64,000 bases of DNA from Alphaproteobacteria bacterium. GTDB taxonomy: Bacteria; Pseudomonadota; Alphaproteobacteria; UBA828. The stretch covers positions 35,286-99,285 of the forward strand of contig OZ251509.1 in NCBI GenBank assembly GCA_965242855.1, in the 5' to 3' direction. The notes beneath the pieces were generated by a model. That model had not been told where the DNA came from. It saw only the letters and a program-made list of their open reading frames with translations, and did no database searches. Shown piece after piece: positions 56,019 to 64,000 of the stretch (position 1 is the stretch's first letter; every line of letters starts with the position of its first letter). The position numbers and the translations under genes were made by a program.

Positions 56019-57532
56019 CGGGGCGCGACGATCTCGCGCTGCTTTCGGTGGCCCAGGCATATGCGGCCGACGAGGCGGCGATCGCGGGCGGAACGCCGGG
56101 ACGCGCGCTGATGGAGAACGCGGGCCGGGCGGCCGCGCGGGCGATCGCGACGCGCTGGGCGCCGCGGCCCGTCTCGGTGTTCTGCGGCCCCGGCAACAAC
56201 GGCGGGGACGGCTTCGTCGCGGCCCGGCATCTGCACGAGGCCGGCTGGCCGGTGCGCCTGGGGCTGATGGGGCATCCGGACCGGCTGAAGGGCGACGCCG
56301 CGGCGATGGCCGCGCGCTGGCCGCGCCCGGTTGCGCCGCTGGACCCGGCGCTGCTCGACGGCGAGCCGCTGGTCGTGGACGCGCTGTTCGGCGCGGGCCT
56401 CGCCCGGCCTCTGGACGGCCCGGCGAAAGCGCTCGCCGAGGCGTGCGCCGAACGGCGCCTCGCCTGCGTCGCCATCGACATGCCGAGCGGCGTCCATGGC
56501 GACAGCGGCGCGGCGCGCGGCCGCTGCTTCGACGCGGCCCTGACGATCACCTTCGGCCGGCGCAAATACGGCCACCTGCTGCTGCCGGGGCGCGACGCTG
56601 CGGGCGAGGTGGCGGTCGCCGACATCGGCATTCCAGAGGCGGCGTTCGCGGCGCTGGACGTGCGCGTGCACGAGAACGGGCCGGCGCTCTGGTGCGCGCT
56701 TCTGCCGCGCCCCGGCGCCGCCGACCACAAATACAGCCGCGGACATGCGCTGGTGGTCGGCGGCGACGGCGCGCATTCGGGCGCGGCGCGGCTGGCGGCG
56801 CGGGCGGCGCTCAGGGCCGGCGCCGGCCTGGTCACCGTCCACGCGCCAAGCGCGGCGCTCCCGGTCTATGCGGCGCAGCTCACGGCCGTCATGGTCGCTC
56901 CGACGGCGGCTCTCGAGGCAGCGCTCGCCGACGCGCGGCGCAACGCCCTCCTGATCGGCCCCGGCTGCGGCGCGCACGCGACGACCCGCAAGCACGCCCT
57001 GCAAGCGCTCGCGGCCGGCAAGCGCTGCGTGCTGGACGCCGACGCGCTGACCGCCTTCGCGGACGATCCGTCGGCGTTGTTCGCCGCCCTCGGGCCCGAT
57101 GCCGTCCTCACGCCCCACGAAGGCGAGTACCGACGTCTGTTCGCCCACGAGGGGGACAAGCTCTCCCGCGCCCGCGCCGCGGCGGCGGAATGCGGGGCGG
57201 TGGTGGTCCTGAAGGGGGCCGACAGCGTGGTCGCGGCCTCCGACGGCCGCGCGGTGATCAACGCCAACGCGCCGCCGACCCTCGCCACGGCCGGCACGGG
57301 CGACGTCCTGGCCGGCCTGATCCTCGGCCTCCTCGCCCAGGGGATGCCGTCCTTCGAGGCCGCCGCGGCCGGAGTCTGGTTGCATGGCGCCGCCGCGGCC
57401 GCCTTCGGCCCCGGACTGATCGCGGAGGACTTGACCGAAACGATGCCTTGTGTTCTTCAAGCCCTGGAGGGGGCGAGCGGCGCCGGAAAACGGGCGCGGC
57501 GCCCCGGTGCACGACGCGGGAGCGGGGGATGA
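56015..57532 (+). CDS. nnr: Bifunctional NAD(P)H-hydrate repair enzyme (epimerase/dehydratase)
   Basis: YjeF_N motif FCGPGNNGGDGFVAARHL and the C-terminal carbohydrate-kinase part with GTGDVLAG. The start overlaps the upstream stop (ATGA). Confidence 0.92.
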   Translation: MTGRDDLALLSVAQAYAADEAAIAGGTPGRALMENAGRAAARAIATRWAPRPVSVFCGPGNNGGDGFVAARHLHEAGWPVRLGLMGHPDRLKGDAAAMAARWPRPVAPLDPALLDGEPLVVDALFGAGLARPLDGPAKALAEACAERRLACVAIDMPSGVHGDSGAARGRCFDAALTITFGRRKYGHLLLPGRDAAGEVAVADIGIPEAAFAALDVRVHENGPALWCALLPRPGAADHKYSRGHALVVGGDGAHSGAARLAARAALRAGAGLVTVHAPSAALPVYAAQLTAVMVAPTAALEAALADARRNALLIGPGCGAHATTRKHALQALAAGKRCVLDADALTAFADDPSALFAALGPDAVLTPHEGEYRRLFAHEGDKLSRARAAAAECGAVVVLKGADSVVAASDGRAVINANAPPTLATAGTGDVLAGLILGLLAQGMPSFEAAAAGVWLHGAAAAAFGPGLIAEDLTETMPCVLQALEGASGAGKRARRPGARRGSGG

Positions 57533-58935
57533 GCGGGAACGAAAGAATGCCGACCGATGGCGTCTGCGGCGCCTTCCGCCGCGCCGCCCGGCCGCGCGCG
57601 CGAATCGCCTTTCTGACCATCGCGTTCGCGGTGTCCTTCGTGCTCATGGCCTCGAACGCCCATGCAGCCGTGACCGGCGAAACGCAGTTCATCCTGAACA
57701 GCTTTTCGTTTCTCATCTGGGGCGCGCTCGTGATGTGGATGTGCGCCGGCTTCACCATGCTCGAATCCGGCTCGGTGCGCACCAAGAACGCCTCCGTGAT
57801 CTGCCTGAAGAACATCGGCCTCTACTCCATCGCCGGGCTGACCTACTACCTGATCGGCTACAACCTGATGTATGTCGATGTCGGGAGCTGGGTCGGCTCG
57901 ATCCAGCTCCCCTACGCGACGACGGGCGACGAGATCGCGCTGTTGTCCGGCGACGAGGCGGCCGCCGCCGCGGTCGTGGACAACGGCTACTCCACCATGT
58001 CGGACTGGTTCTTCCAGATGGTGTTCGTCGCCACGACGGCCTCGATCGTCTCCGGCGCCCTGGCCGAGCGGGTGAAGCTCTGGTCGTTCTTCGTCTTCAT
58101 CACCTTGCTGACGGCGTTCATCTACCCGCTCATCGGCGCCTGGACGTGGGGCGGCGGATGGCTGGCGGAAATGGGCTTCCAGGATTTCGCCGGCTCCACG
58201 ATCGTCCACTCGACCGGCGGCTGGGCGGCGCTCGCCGGCGCGCTCATCGTCGGACCGCGGAAAGGCAAGTTCCGCGCCGACGGCAGCGTCAGGGCAACGC
58301 CGCCGTCGAACGTGCCGGCGGTGACGCTCGGCGTCTTCATCCTCTGGCTGGGCTGGTTCGGGTTCAACGGCGGTTCGCAGCTCGCCCTGAGCGGCGCGGC
58401 CGACGCCGTCGCGCTGAGCAACATCCTCTCCAACACCAACCTCGCCGCCGCCGCGGGCGTCCTGGCCGCGATCAGCCTGTCGCGGCCGATCATGGGGCGG
58501 GTCGACCTGCTCACCAGCCTGAACGGCGCCATCGCCGGCCTCGTCGCGATCACCGCCGGGCCGGACGTCGTCGACCACTACTGGGCGGTGATCATCGGCG
58601 CCATCGGCGGCGCGATCGTCGTTCTCGGCGTGAAGATCCTGGAGCGCTTCAAGGTCGACGACGTGGTCGGCGCGATCCCGGCCCATCTCTTCGCCGGCGT
58701 CTGGGGGACGGTCGCGGTCTGCATCGCGGCCGGCGGCGACATCCTGGTCCAGCTCGCCGGCATCGCGGCGATCGGCGCCTTCGTGTTCGGCGCGTCGCTC
58801 CTGGTGTGGTTCATCATCGACAAGACCCTGGGGGCCCGGGTCTCGCCCACCATCGAGGAACTCGGCCAGGACGCGGCGGAACTCGGCATCGAGTCCTACC
58901 CCGAATTCGTCCTCATGCCGGAAACGGACGACTGA
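57529..58935 (+). CDS. amt: Ammonium transporter
   Basis: Signal/TM N-terminus. AGFTMLESGSVRTKN, FAGSTIVHSTGGWAAL, FGFNGGS motifs. The start overlaps the nnr stop (ATGA). Confidence 0.93.
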   Translation: MSGNERMPTDGVCGAFRRAARPRARIAFLTIAFAVSFVLMASNAHAAVTGETQFILNSFSFLIWGALVMWMCAGFTMLESGSVRTKNASVICLKNIGLYSIAGLTYYLIGYNLMYVDVGSWVGSIQLPYATTGDEIALLSGDEAAAAAVVDNGYSTMSDWFFQMVFVATTASIVSGALAERVKLWSFFVFITLLTAFIYPLIGAWTWGGGWLAEMGFQDFAGSTIVHSTGGWAALAGALIVGPRKGKFRADGSVRATPPSNVPAVTLGVFILWLGWFGFNGGSQLALSGAADAVALSNILSNTNLAAAAGVLAAISLSRPIMGRVDLLTSLNGAIAGLVAITAGPDVVDHYWAVIIGAIGGAIVVLGVKILERFKVDDVVGAIPAHLFAGVWGTVAVCIAAGGDILVQLAGIAAIGAFVFGASLLVWFIIDKTLGARVSPTIEELGQDAAELGIESYPEFVLMPETDD

Positions 58936-59029
58936 GGACGGGGCGCGGGCGGCGTGGGGCGCGCCATTTGACGACGAGCGGATCTCCGATCATGGTGCGC
59001 AGGCGAGACCGGCACGATCACACGAGACG

Positions 59030-59374
59030 ATGGCGATGGAACTGAAGACCGAACGAGACGAAAATACCCTGACCGCCACGGTGGAAGGGCGTATCGACAG
59101 CACCAACGCGCTCGAATTCGAGGAGGCGATCAGGACGTCGATCGCGGAAAGCGACCGCGCCGTGATCATGGATCTCACGGAGCTTGTCTACATCAGCAGC
59201 GCGGGCCTTCGCGCCATCCTGATGGCCGCCAAATATCTCTGGAAGCAGAACGCCAAGCTGATGCTCTGCTCCCTGTCCGATTCCGTCGGGGAGGTGTTCG
59301 AGATCAGCGGCTTCGACAAGATCATCCCGATCCACGAAACACGCGATCAGGCCCTCGTCGCGCTCCAGGATTAG
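59030..59374 (+). CDS. STAS-domain protein (anti-sigma-factor antagonist-like)
   Basis: SpoIIAA-like layout with the conserved phosphorylatable-Ser context LVYISSAGLRAIL. Confidence 0.8.
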   Translation: MAMELKTERDENTLTATVEGRIDSTNALEFEEAIRTSIAESDRAVIMDLTELVYISSAGLRAILMAAKYLWKQNAKLMLCSLSDSVGEVFEISGFDKIIPIHETRDQALVALQD

Positions 59375-59398
59375 GGTTTCCCCCACGCCCGGGCCGGG

Positions 59399-60313
59399 TC
59401 AGCCGAGGCCCCGCGCGGCGACGATGCCGGCGAAGACCGCAAGGCCGGTCCAGCCGTTGGCCTTGAACTTCGCGAGGCAGTCGGCCGGGTCGTCGATCCG
59501 CACCCGCCACGCTTGCCAGGCCAGCACCAGGGCCGCGACCGACACCCCGGTGAAGTAGGGCCAAGCCATCGACGCCAGCGCGCCTGCGGCGGCCAGACCG
59601 GCCACGGCGGCCGCGTAGAACCCGACCAGCCACGGGCGGGTACGCGCGCCGAGCGCGAGGGCGCTGGACTTCACCCCAGCCAAGGCGTCGTCCCGCCTGT
59701 CCTGATGGGCGTAGATCGTGTCGTAGCCCAGGGTCCAGGCGATGCCGGCGCCGTAGAGAAGGGCCGCCGGCCAGTCGAGGCCCCCCCGCACCGCCGCCCA
59801 GCCCAGCAGCGCCCCATAGTTGAAGGTGAGGCCGAGAAAGGCCTGCGGCCAGTGGGTGACGCGCTTCGTCAGGGGATAGGCGAAGACCAGCAGGAGCGAG
59901 CCGAGGCCGAGCAGAATCGCGAAGAGGTTGAGGTGGAGCAGGATGGCGAGGCCGGCCGCCAGCAGCACCGCCATGAAGGCCACTGCGCCCCCGAGGCTCA
60001 CCGCGCCGGACGGCAGAGGGCGCCCGCGGGTGCGCGCGACGCGGGCGTCGAAATCCCGGTCGAGGATGTCGTTGCATGTGCAGCCCGCCGCACGCATGAC
60101 GACGGCACCGGCGGTGAACAGCACCAGCAGGCCGAGGTCCGGCAGGCCGTCGGAGGCGAGGCCGATCGCCCACAGGCAGGGCCAGAGCAGGAGCCAGATT
60201 CCGGTCGGCCTGTCGAGCCGCGCCAGGGCGACGAACGGGCGCAGCGGCCGCGGCGCCGCGCGCTCGAGAGGCCCCGCGTCCGCCGCGGCCTCGCTGCGAA
60301 GGCGCTCGACCAT
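59399..60313 (-). CDS. ubiA: 4-hydroxybenzoate polyprenyltransferase
   Basis: NDILDRDFDARVARTRGRPL (NDxxDxxxD) and the second Asp-rich motif YAHQDRRDD. About 8-9 TM helices. Confidence 0.92.
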   Translation of the reverse strand: MVERLRSEAAADAGPLERAAPRPLRPFVALARLDRPTGIWLLLWPCLWAIGLASDGLPDLGLLVLFTAGAVVMRAAGCTCNDILDRDFDARVARTRGRPLPSGAVSLGGAVAFMAVLLAAGLAILLHLNLFAILLGLGSLLLVFAYPLTKRVTHWPQAFLGLTFNYGALLGWAAVRGGLDWPAALLYGAGIAWTLGYDTIYAHQDRRDDALAGVKSSALALGARTRPWLVGFYAAAVAGLAAAGALASMAWPYFTGVSVAALVLAWQAWRVRIDDPADCLAKFKANGWTGLAVFAGIVAARGLG

Positions 60314-60363
60314 GGCGCCGGTGTATCGTGGCCCGGGTGAGGGGGCAAGCGGAGGACGGTGCC

Positions 60364-61125
60364 ATGGCCCTGCCGGACGGGAACGGGGAGGGGAGCGCGA
60401 TCCGGCTCTTCGTCGACGCGCCGCTCGAAGCGGGCACCTCGGTCGTTCTGGGACGCGCCCAGACCCACTATCTCCGGCACGTGATGCGTCGCGCGCCGGG
60501 CGACCGCATCCGGCTGTTCAACGGACGCCACGGGGAGTGGCGGGGCGCCCTCGAAACGCTCGATCCGCGAGGCGCCCGTGTTCGACTCCGCGCGCGGCTC
60601 GCCGACCAGGGCCCGATGCCCGTTCTCTGGCTTCTGTTCGCACCGCTCACGGCCGCACGGACGCGGTTCGTGGTGGAGAAGGCCACCGAGTTGGGGGTCG
60701 GCGCCATCCACCCGGTGCTGACCGATCGCGGGCGGACCCGGCGGGTCAATGCCGACCGGCTCCGCGCCCAGACGATCGAGGCCGCCGAGCAGTGCGGGCG
60801 GCTGGAAGTTCCGCCGACGGAGGAGGCCCGCCCGCTGGCCGAGGCGCTCACCGGGTGGCCGCCGGAACGCCGGCTTCTGGTCTGCGACCCGTGCGGCGAA
60901 GCCGGCGCCGCCGAGGCGTTGTCGGGGGCGGCCGGCGCGCCCTGGGCGATCCTGGTCGGGCCGGAAGGCGGCTATTCGCCGGAAGAGCGCCGCCTCCTGG
61001 CCGGCCACCCGGCAGCCGTCCGCGCCCGTCTCGGCCCGCGCATCCTGCGCGCCGAAACCGCGGCGCTGGCGGCGCTCGCCTGCTGGCAGGCGTTCGCCGG
61101 GGATTGGCGCCGCGCGCCGGCATGA
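60364..61125 (+). CDS. rsmE: 16S rRNA (uracil1498-N3)-methyltransferase
   Basis: IRLFVDAPL...HYLRHVMRRAPGDRIRLFNGRHGEW PUA-like N-terminus. SPOUT C-terminus ILVGPEGGYSPEE...LGPRILRAETAA. Confidence 0.9.
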   Translation: MALPDGNGEGSAIRLFVDAPLEAGTSVVLGRAQTHYLRHVMRRAPGDRIRLFNGRHGEWRGALETLDPRGARVRLRARLADQGPMPVLWLLFAPLTAARTRFVVEKATELGVGAIHPVLTDRGRTRRVNADRLRAQTIEAAEQCGRLEVPPTEEARPLAEALTGWPPERRLLVCDPCGEAGAAEALSGAAGAPWAILVGPEGGYSPEERRLLAGHPAAVRARLGPRILRAETAALAALACWQAFAGDWRRAPA

Positions 61126-61215
61126 AACCGGCGCCACCCGCGATCGCGCGTGCCATGGCTCCCACTCCGTGATAGAGACTGGAGCCGGGTGCCAACCGGG
61201 GAGAGCGAAGACGTC

Positions 61216-62595
61216 ATGACGAGCGCGGCCCCAGCGGCGGCCGGCGCTGGCGACGGGAGCGGCGCGGTCGCCTATCGGGATCTGGTCGCGTATCTCGAGG
61301 CCGGCTGCAAGCCCCGCCGGGAATGGCGCATCGGCACCGAGCACGAGAAGTTCGGCCATCGTCTGGCGGACCACGCGCCGCTGCCCTACGAGGGGCCGGC
61401 GGGCATTCGCCCCCTCCTCAAAGGGCTGCAACGCTACGGCTGGAAGCCCTACCTCGAGGACGGCCAAGCGGTCGCGCTGCTCAAGGAGGGGCAGTCCGTC
61501 ACCCTGGAGCCGGGCGGCCAGCTCGAATTGTCCGGTGCGCAGCTCCGCAACCTGCATCGGACCTGCGACGAGGTGCACACCCATCTCGACCAGGTCAGGA
61601 CGGTCTCCGGGGAACTCGGCATCGGCTTCTTCGGCCTGGGCTTTCACCCCCGGACGCCGCGCGACGCGATCCCCTGGATGCCCAAGGGCCGTTACGCGAT
61701 CATGCGCCGCTACATGCCGACGCGCGGCGCCCTCGGCCTGGACATGATGACCCGGACCGCCACCGTCCAGGTCAATCTCGATTTCGATTCCGAGGCCGAC
61801 ATGGTGCGCAAGATGCGCGTCGGCATGGCGCTCCAGCCCGTCGCCACGGCCCTGTTCGCGAACTCGCCCTTCGCCGACGGCAAGCCGACCGGTTACCGGA
61901 GCTACCGCAGCCACGTCTGGACCGATACCGACGTCGACCGCTGCGGCATCCTGCCCTTCGTCTTCGAGCCGGGCATGGGGTTCGAGCGCTACGTCGATTA
62001 CGTGCTGGACGTGCCCATGTATTTCGTGACCCGCGGCGGCCGTTTCGTGGACGCCGCGGGGCAGTCCTTCCGCGATTTCCTCGCCGGCGCGCTGCCGGCG
62101 CTCCCCGGTGAACGGCCGACGCTCGCGGACTGGGAGGATCACCTGACCACCGTGTTCCCCGAGGTCCGGCTGAAGCGCTACATCGAGATGCGCGGCGCCG
62201 ACAGCGGGCCGTGGAGCAAGGTGTGCGCCCTGCCAGCGCTCTGGGTCGGCACGCTCTACGATTCGACGGCGCTGAACGAAGCCGAGGCGCTGGTTGCGCC
62301 GTGGACCGGCGCCGATGTCCTGCGCCTGCGCCGCGCGGTGCCCCGCGACGCCCTGGGCGCCCGGGTCGGCGGGCGGACGGTCCGCGAGGTGGCGCGCGAC
62401 ATGATCGAGATCGCGGCCGGGGGCCTCGCGCGCCGCGCGGTCGCCGGCAATCTCGACGCCGACGAGCGCTCCTACCTGACCTATCTGCGCCAGATCGCCG
62501 AAAGCGGACGGACCGCGGCCGACGACATGCTGGAGGCTTACGAAACCCGCTGGGGCCGCAGCGTCGAGCCGGTTTTCGAGGAATACGCCTATTGA
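61216..62595 (+). CDS. gshA: Glutamate-cysteine ligase, plant/alphaproteobacterial type (GCS2)
   Basis: WRIGTEHEKFG..., LEPGGQLELSGA, RYMPTRG..., VFPEVRLKRYIEMRGAD are typical of the plant-type GshA family. Confidence 0.92.
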   Translation: MTSAAPAAAGAGDGSGAVAYRDLVAYLEAGCKPRREWRIGTEHEKFGHRLADHAPLPYEGPAGIRPLLKGLQRYGWKPYLEDGQAVALLKEGQSVTLEPGGQLELSGAQLRNLHRTCDEVHTHLDQVRTVSGELGIGFFGLGFHPRTPRDAIPWMPKGRYAIMRRYMPTRGALGLDMMTRTATVQVNLDFDSEADMVRKMRVGMALQPVATALFANSPFADGKPTGYRSYRSHVWTDTDVDRCGILPFVFEPGMGFERYVDYVLDVPMYFVTRGGRFVDAAGQSFRDFLAGALPALPGERPTLADWEDHLTTVFPEVRLKRYIEMRGADSGPWSKVCALPALWVGTLYDSTALNEAEALVAPWTGADVLRLRRAVPRDALGARVGGRTVREVARDMIEIAAGGLARRAVAGNLDADERSYLTYLRQIAESGRTAADDMLEAYETRWGRSVEPVFEEYAY

Positions 62596-63788
62596 CGGCG
62601 GGCACGCCAGGCACGGCTTATCGCATCGAGCCGACGCTCCGCGCCGTGGTGCCGCCGCCGATCGCCGAAGTCGCCGGCTGGCGCGCGGGACGCGAGGTCC
62701 CGCCCGGAAAGCCGCTGCTCGACGTGGCCCAGGCCGTCCCCGCCTGGCCGCCGGCGGCCGCCCTCACGGATCATCTCGCCGCCGCGCTGCATCGCCCGGA
62801 GACGGCGCGCTACACCGACATCCTGGGCCGGGAAGACTTGCGGAGCGCGCTGGCGGCCGCGCTGTCGGAAACCTATCGCGGCCGCGTGGCGCGCGATCAG
62901 GTCGCCGTCACGGCCGGCTGCAACCAGGCCTTCTGCCTCGCGCTCATGGCGCTCGCCGGCCCGGGCGACGAAGTGATCCTGCCGTTGCCCTGTTATTTCA
63001 ACCACCGGATGTGGCTCGAAATGCTGCGGGTCGCGCCCGTCTACCTGCCGTTCCGCGCGGAGCGGGGCGGTGTGCCCGATCCGGCTGACGCCGAGGCGCG
63101 GATCACGCCCCGGACCCGCGCGATCGTGCTGGTGACGCCGAACAACCCCACCGGTGCCGTCTATCCGGCGGAGGCGATTCAGCGGTTCCACCGGCTGGCG
63201 CGGGCGCGCAACCTGGCGCTGGTGTTGGACGAGACCTATCGCGACTTCCGGCCCGGTTCCGGTCCGCCCCACGATCTCTTCGCCGCCGCGGACTGGGCGG
63301 ACACGCTGGTTCATCTCTACAGCTTCTCCAAGGCCTACGGCCTGACCGGCTACCGGGTCGGCGCGGTGGCCGCGTCCGCTGCGCTGCTCGCCGAGATCGC
63401 CAAGGCGGCGGACTGCGTGGCGATCTGCGCGCCCGCGGTCGCGCAGGAGGCGGCGTTGTTCGGCCTCCGCCGTCTCGCGTCGTACCGCGCGGACAAGCGC
63501 CGCCTGGTGCTGGAGCGGAGCGCCCGCTTCCGCACCCTGTTCGACCGTGGCGGCCTCGCCTACGCGCTGGTTTGCGCCGGCGCCTTTTTCGCCTATGTCC
63601 GCCACCCCTTCACGGACATGGCGTCCGCGGACGTCGCCCGGCGGCTCGCCGAGCGGGAAAACGTCCTGTGCCTGCCCGGCAGCGCGTTCGGCCCGGACCA
63701 GGAGTCCTATCTGCGCTTCTCCGTCGCCAACATCGACGGCGCGGCGATGGACGACCTCGGCGCAAGGCTGGCCGCAAGCCAGCCTTAG
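62592..63788 (+). CDS. PLP-dependent aminotransferase, class I/II
   Basis: TPNNPTGAVY, LVLDETYRDF, YSFSKAYGLTGYRVG (PLP Lys). The start is tentatively the TTG at 62592, which overlaps the gshA stop. The ORF-track start at 62211 lies inside gshA. Confidence 0.85.
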   Translation: MTAGTPGTAYRIEPTLRAVVPPPIAEVAGWRAGREVPPGKPLLDVAQAVPAWPPAAALTDHLAAALHRPETARYTDILGREDLRSALAAALSETYRGRVARDQVAVTAGCNQAFCLALMALAGPGDEVILPLPCYFNHRMWLEMLRVAPVYLPFRAERGGVPDPADAEARITPRTRAIVLVTPNNPTGAVYPAEAIQRFHRLARARNLALVLDETYRDFRPGSGPPHDLFAAADWADTLVHLYSFSKAYGLTGYRVGAVAASAALLAEIAKAADCVAICAPAVAQEAALFGLRRLASYRADKRRLVLERSARFRTLFDRGGLAYALVCAGAFFAYVRHPFTDMASADVARRLAERENVLCLPGSAFGPDQESYLRFSVANIDGAAMDDLGARLAASQP

Positions 63789-63840
63789 CCCGCATTTCTC
63801 ACACCCGTCTCGCCTCTCGCGACACCGAGAGAATCGCGGA

Positions 63841-64000
63841 TCAGAGCGCGGGCAGTACCGTGCGGGAGAAGACGTCGAGCTGGGCCGGGAGCGCGTCGGA
63901 AGGGACGGCGCAAAGCACCACCTTGTCGGCCCCGGCGTCGAACAGCGCGGCGATCCTGGCGGCGCAATCCGCCGGAGTCCCGGCGACGGCGAGCCAGTCG
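63841..64000 (-). CDS. 3-prime end of an LLM/F420-type oxidoreductase-like CDS (partial, runs off the window end)
   Basis: The minus strand reads ...DWLAVAGTPADCAARIAALFDAGADKVVLCAVPSDALPAQLDVFSRTVLPAL-stop. The G(T/S)P-x-x-x-A-x-x-I...aGad...l pattern is typical of C-termini of luciferase-like oxidoreductases. Confidence 0.4.
   Translation of the reverse strand, partial: DWLAVAGTPADCAARIAALFDAGADKVVLCAVPSDALPAQLDVFSRTVLPAL

Noticed and set aside
58936-59029. Possible rho-independent terminator after amt (GGCGCG...CGCGCC followed by ATTT)
   Set aside because: The stem is only 6 bp with a 12-nt loop and a very short T tract. This is too weak to call.

Overview
High-GC chromosomal segment (about 68-70% GC by eye). 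Gene content and synteny look alphaproteobacterial: MATE-lolA-ftsK, acdS, nrdJ, galE, plsC, lysA-argH, hbd-etfAB, glnB-glnA, argG, amt, ubiA, rsmE, plant-type gshA. I call about 65 CDS. I recognised no rRNA, tRNA, CRISPR array, integrase or transposase. Most of the window is ordinary housekeeping DNA. In that DNA the many long alternate-frame ORFs of the six-frame track are GC-driven artefacts. Three parts stand out. (1) 6.5-8.3 kb is an AT-richer islet wedged between an ABC binding-protein gene and acdS. It carries a tightly coupled ABC/AAA-type ATPase (DUF3696-like C-terminus) plus PIN-like nuclease operon. This is my best candidate for an uncharacterised defence system. (2) 16.25-24.4 kb is a mosaic accessory island between galE and an SDR gene. 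It starts at a 16-nt poly-G tract and contains: two tandem leaderless DUF1640-like tail-anchored genes, a HicB/HicA-like pair, two tandem GT2 genes, a very AT-rich orphan PD-(D/E)xK-like gene, a DUF4065 (Panacea-type) antitoxin-like gene coupled to an 81-aa membrane peptide, and a fused ABC-ATPase-TOPRIM (OLD/PARIS-like) gene bracketed by a duplicated 3-prime end of the SDR gene. (3) 35.8-44.6 kb is a block of four GT-C-fold membrane glycosyltransferases (two TMTC-like TPR proteins in tandem, one DUF2723/TMEM260-like, one GT22) plus a polyprenyl-phosphate-sugar synthase. This looks like a periplasmic O-mannosylation-type machinery. All family assignments come from motif recognition by eye. No database search was run.
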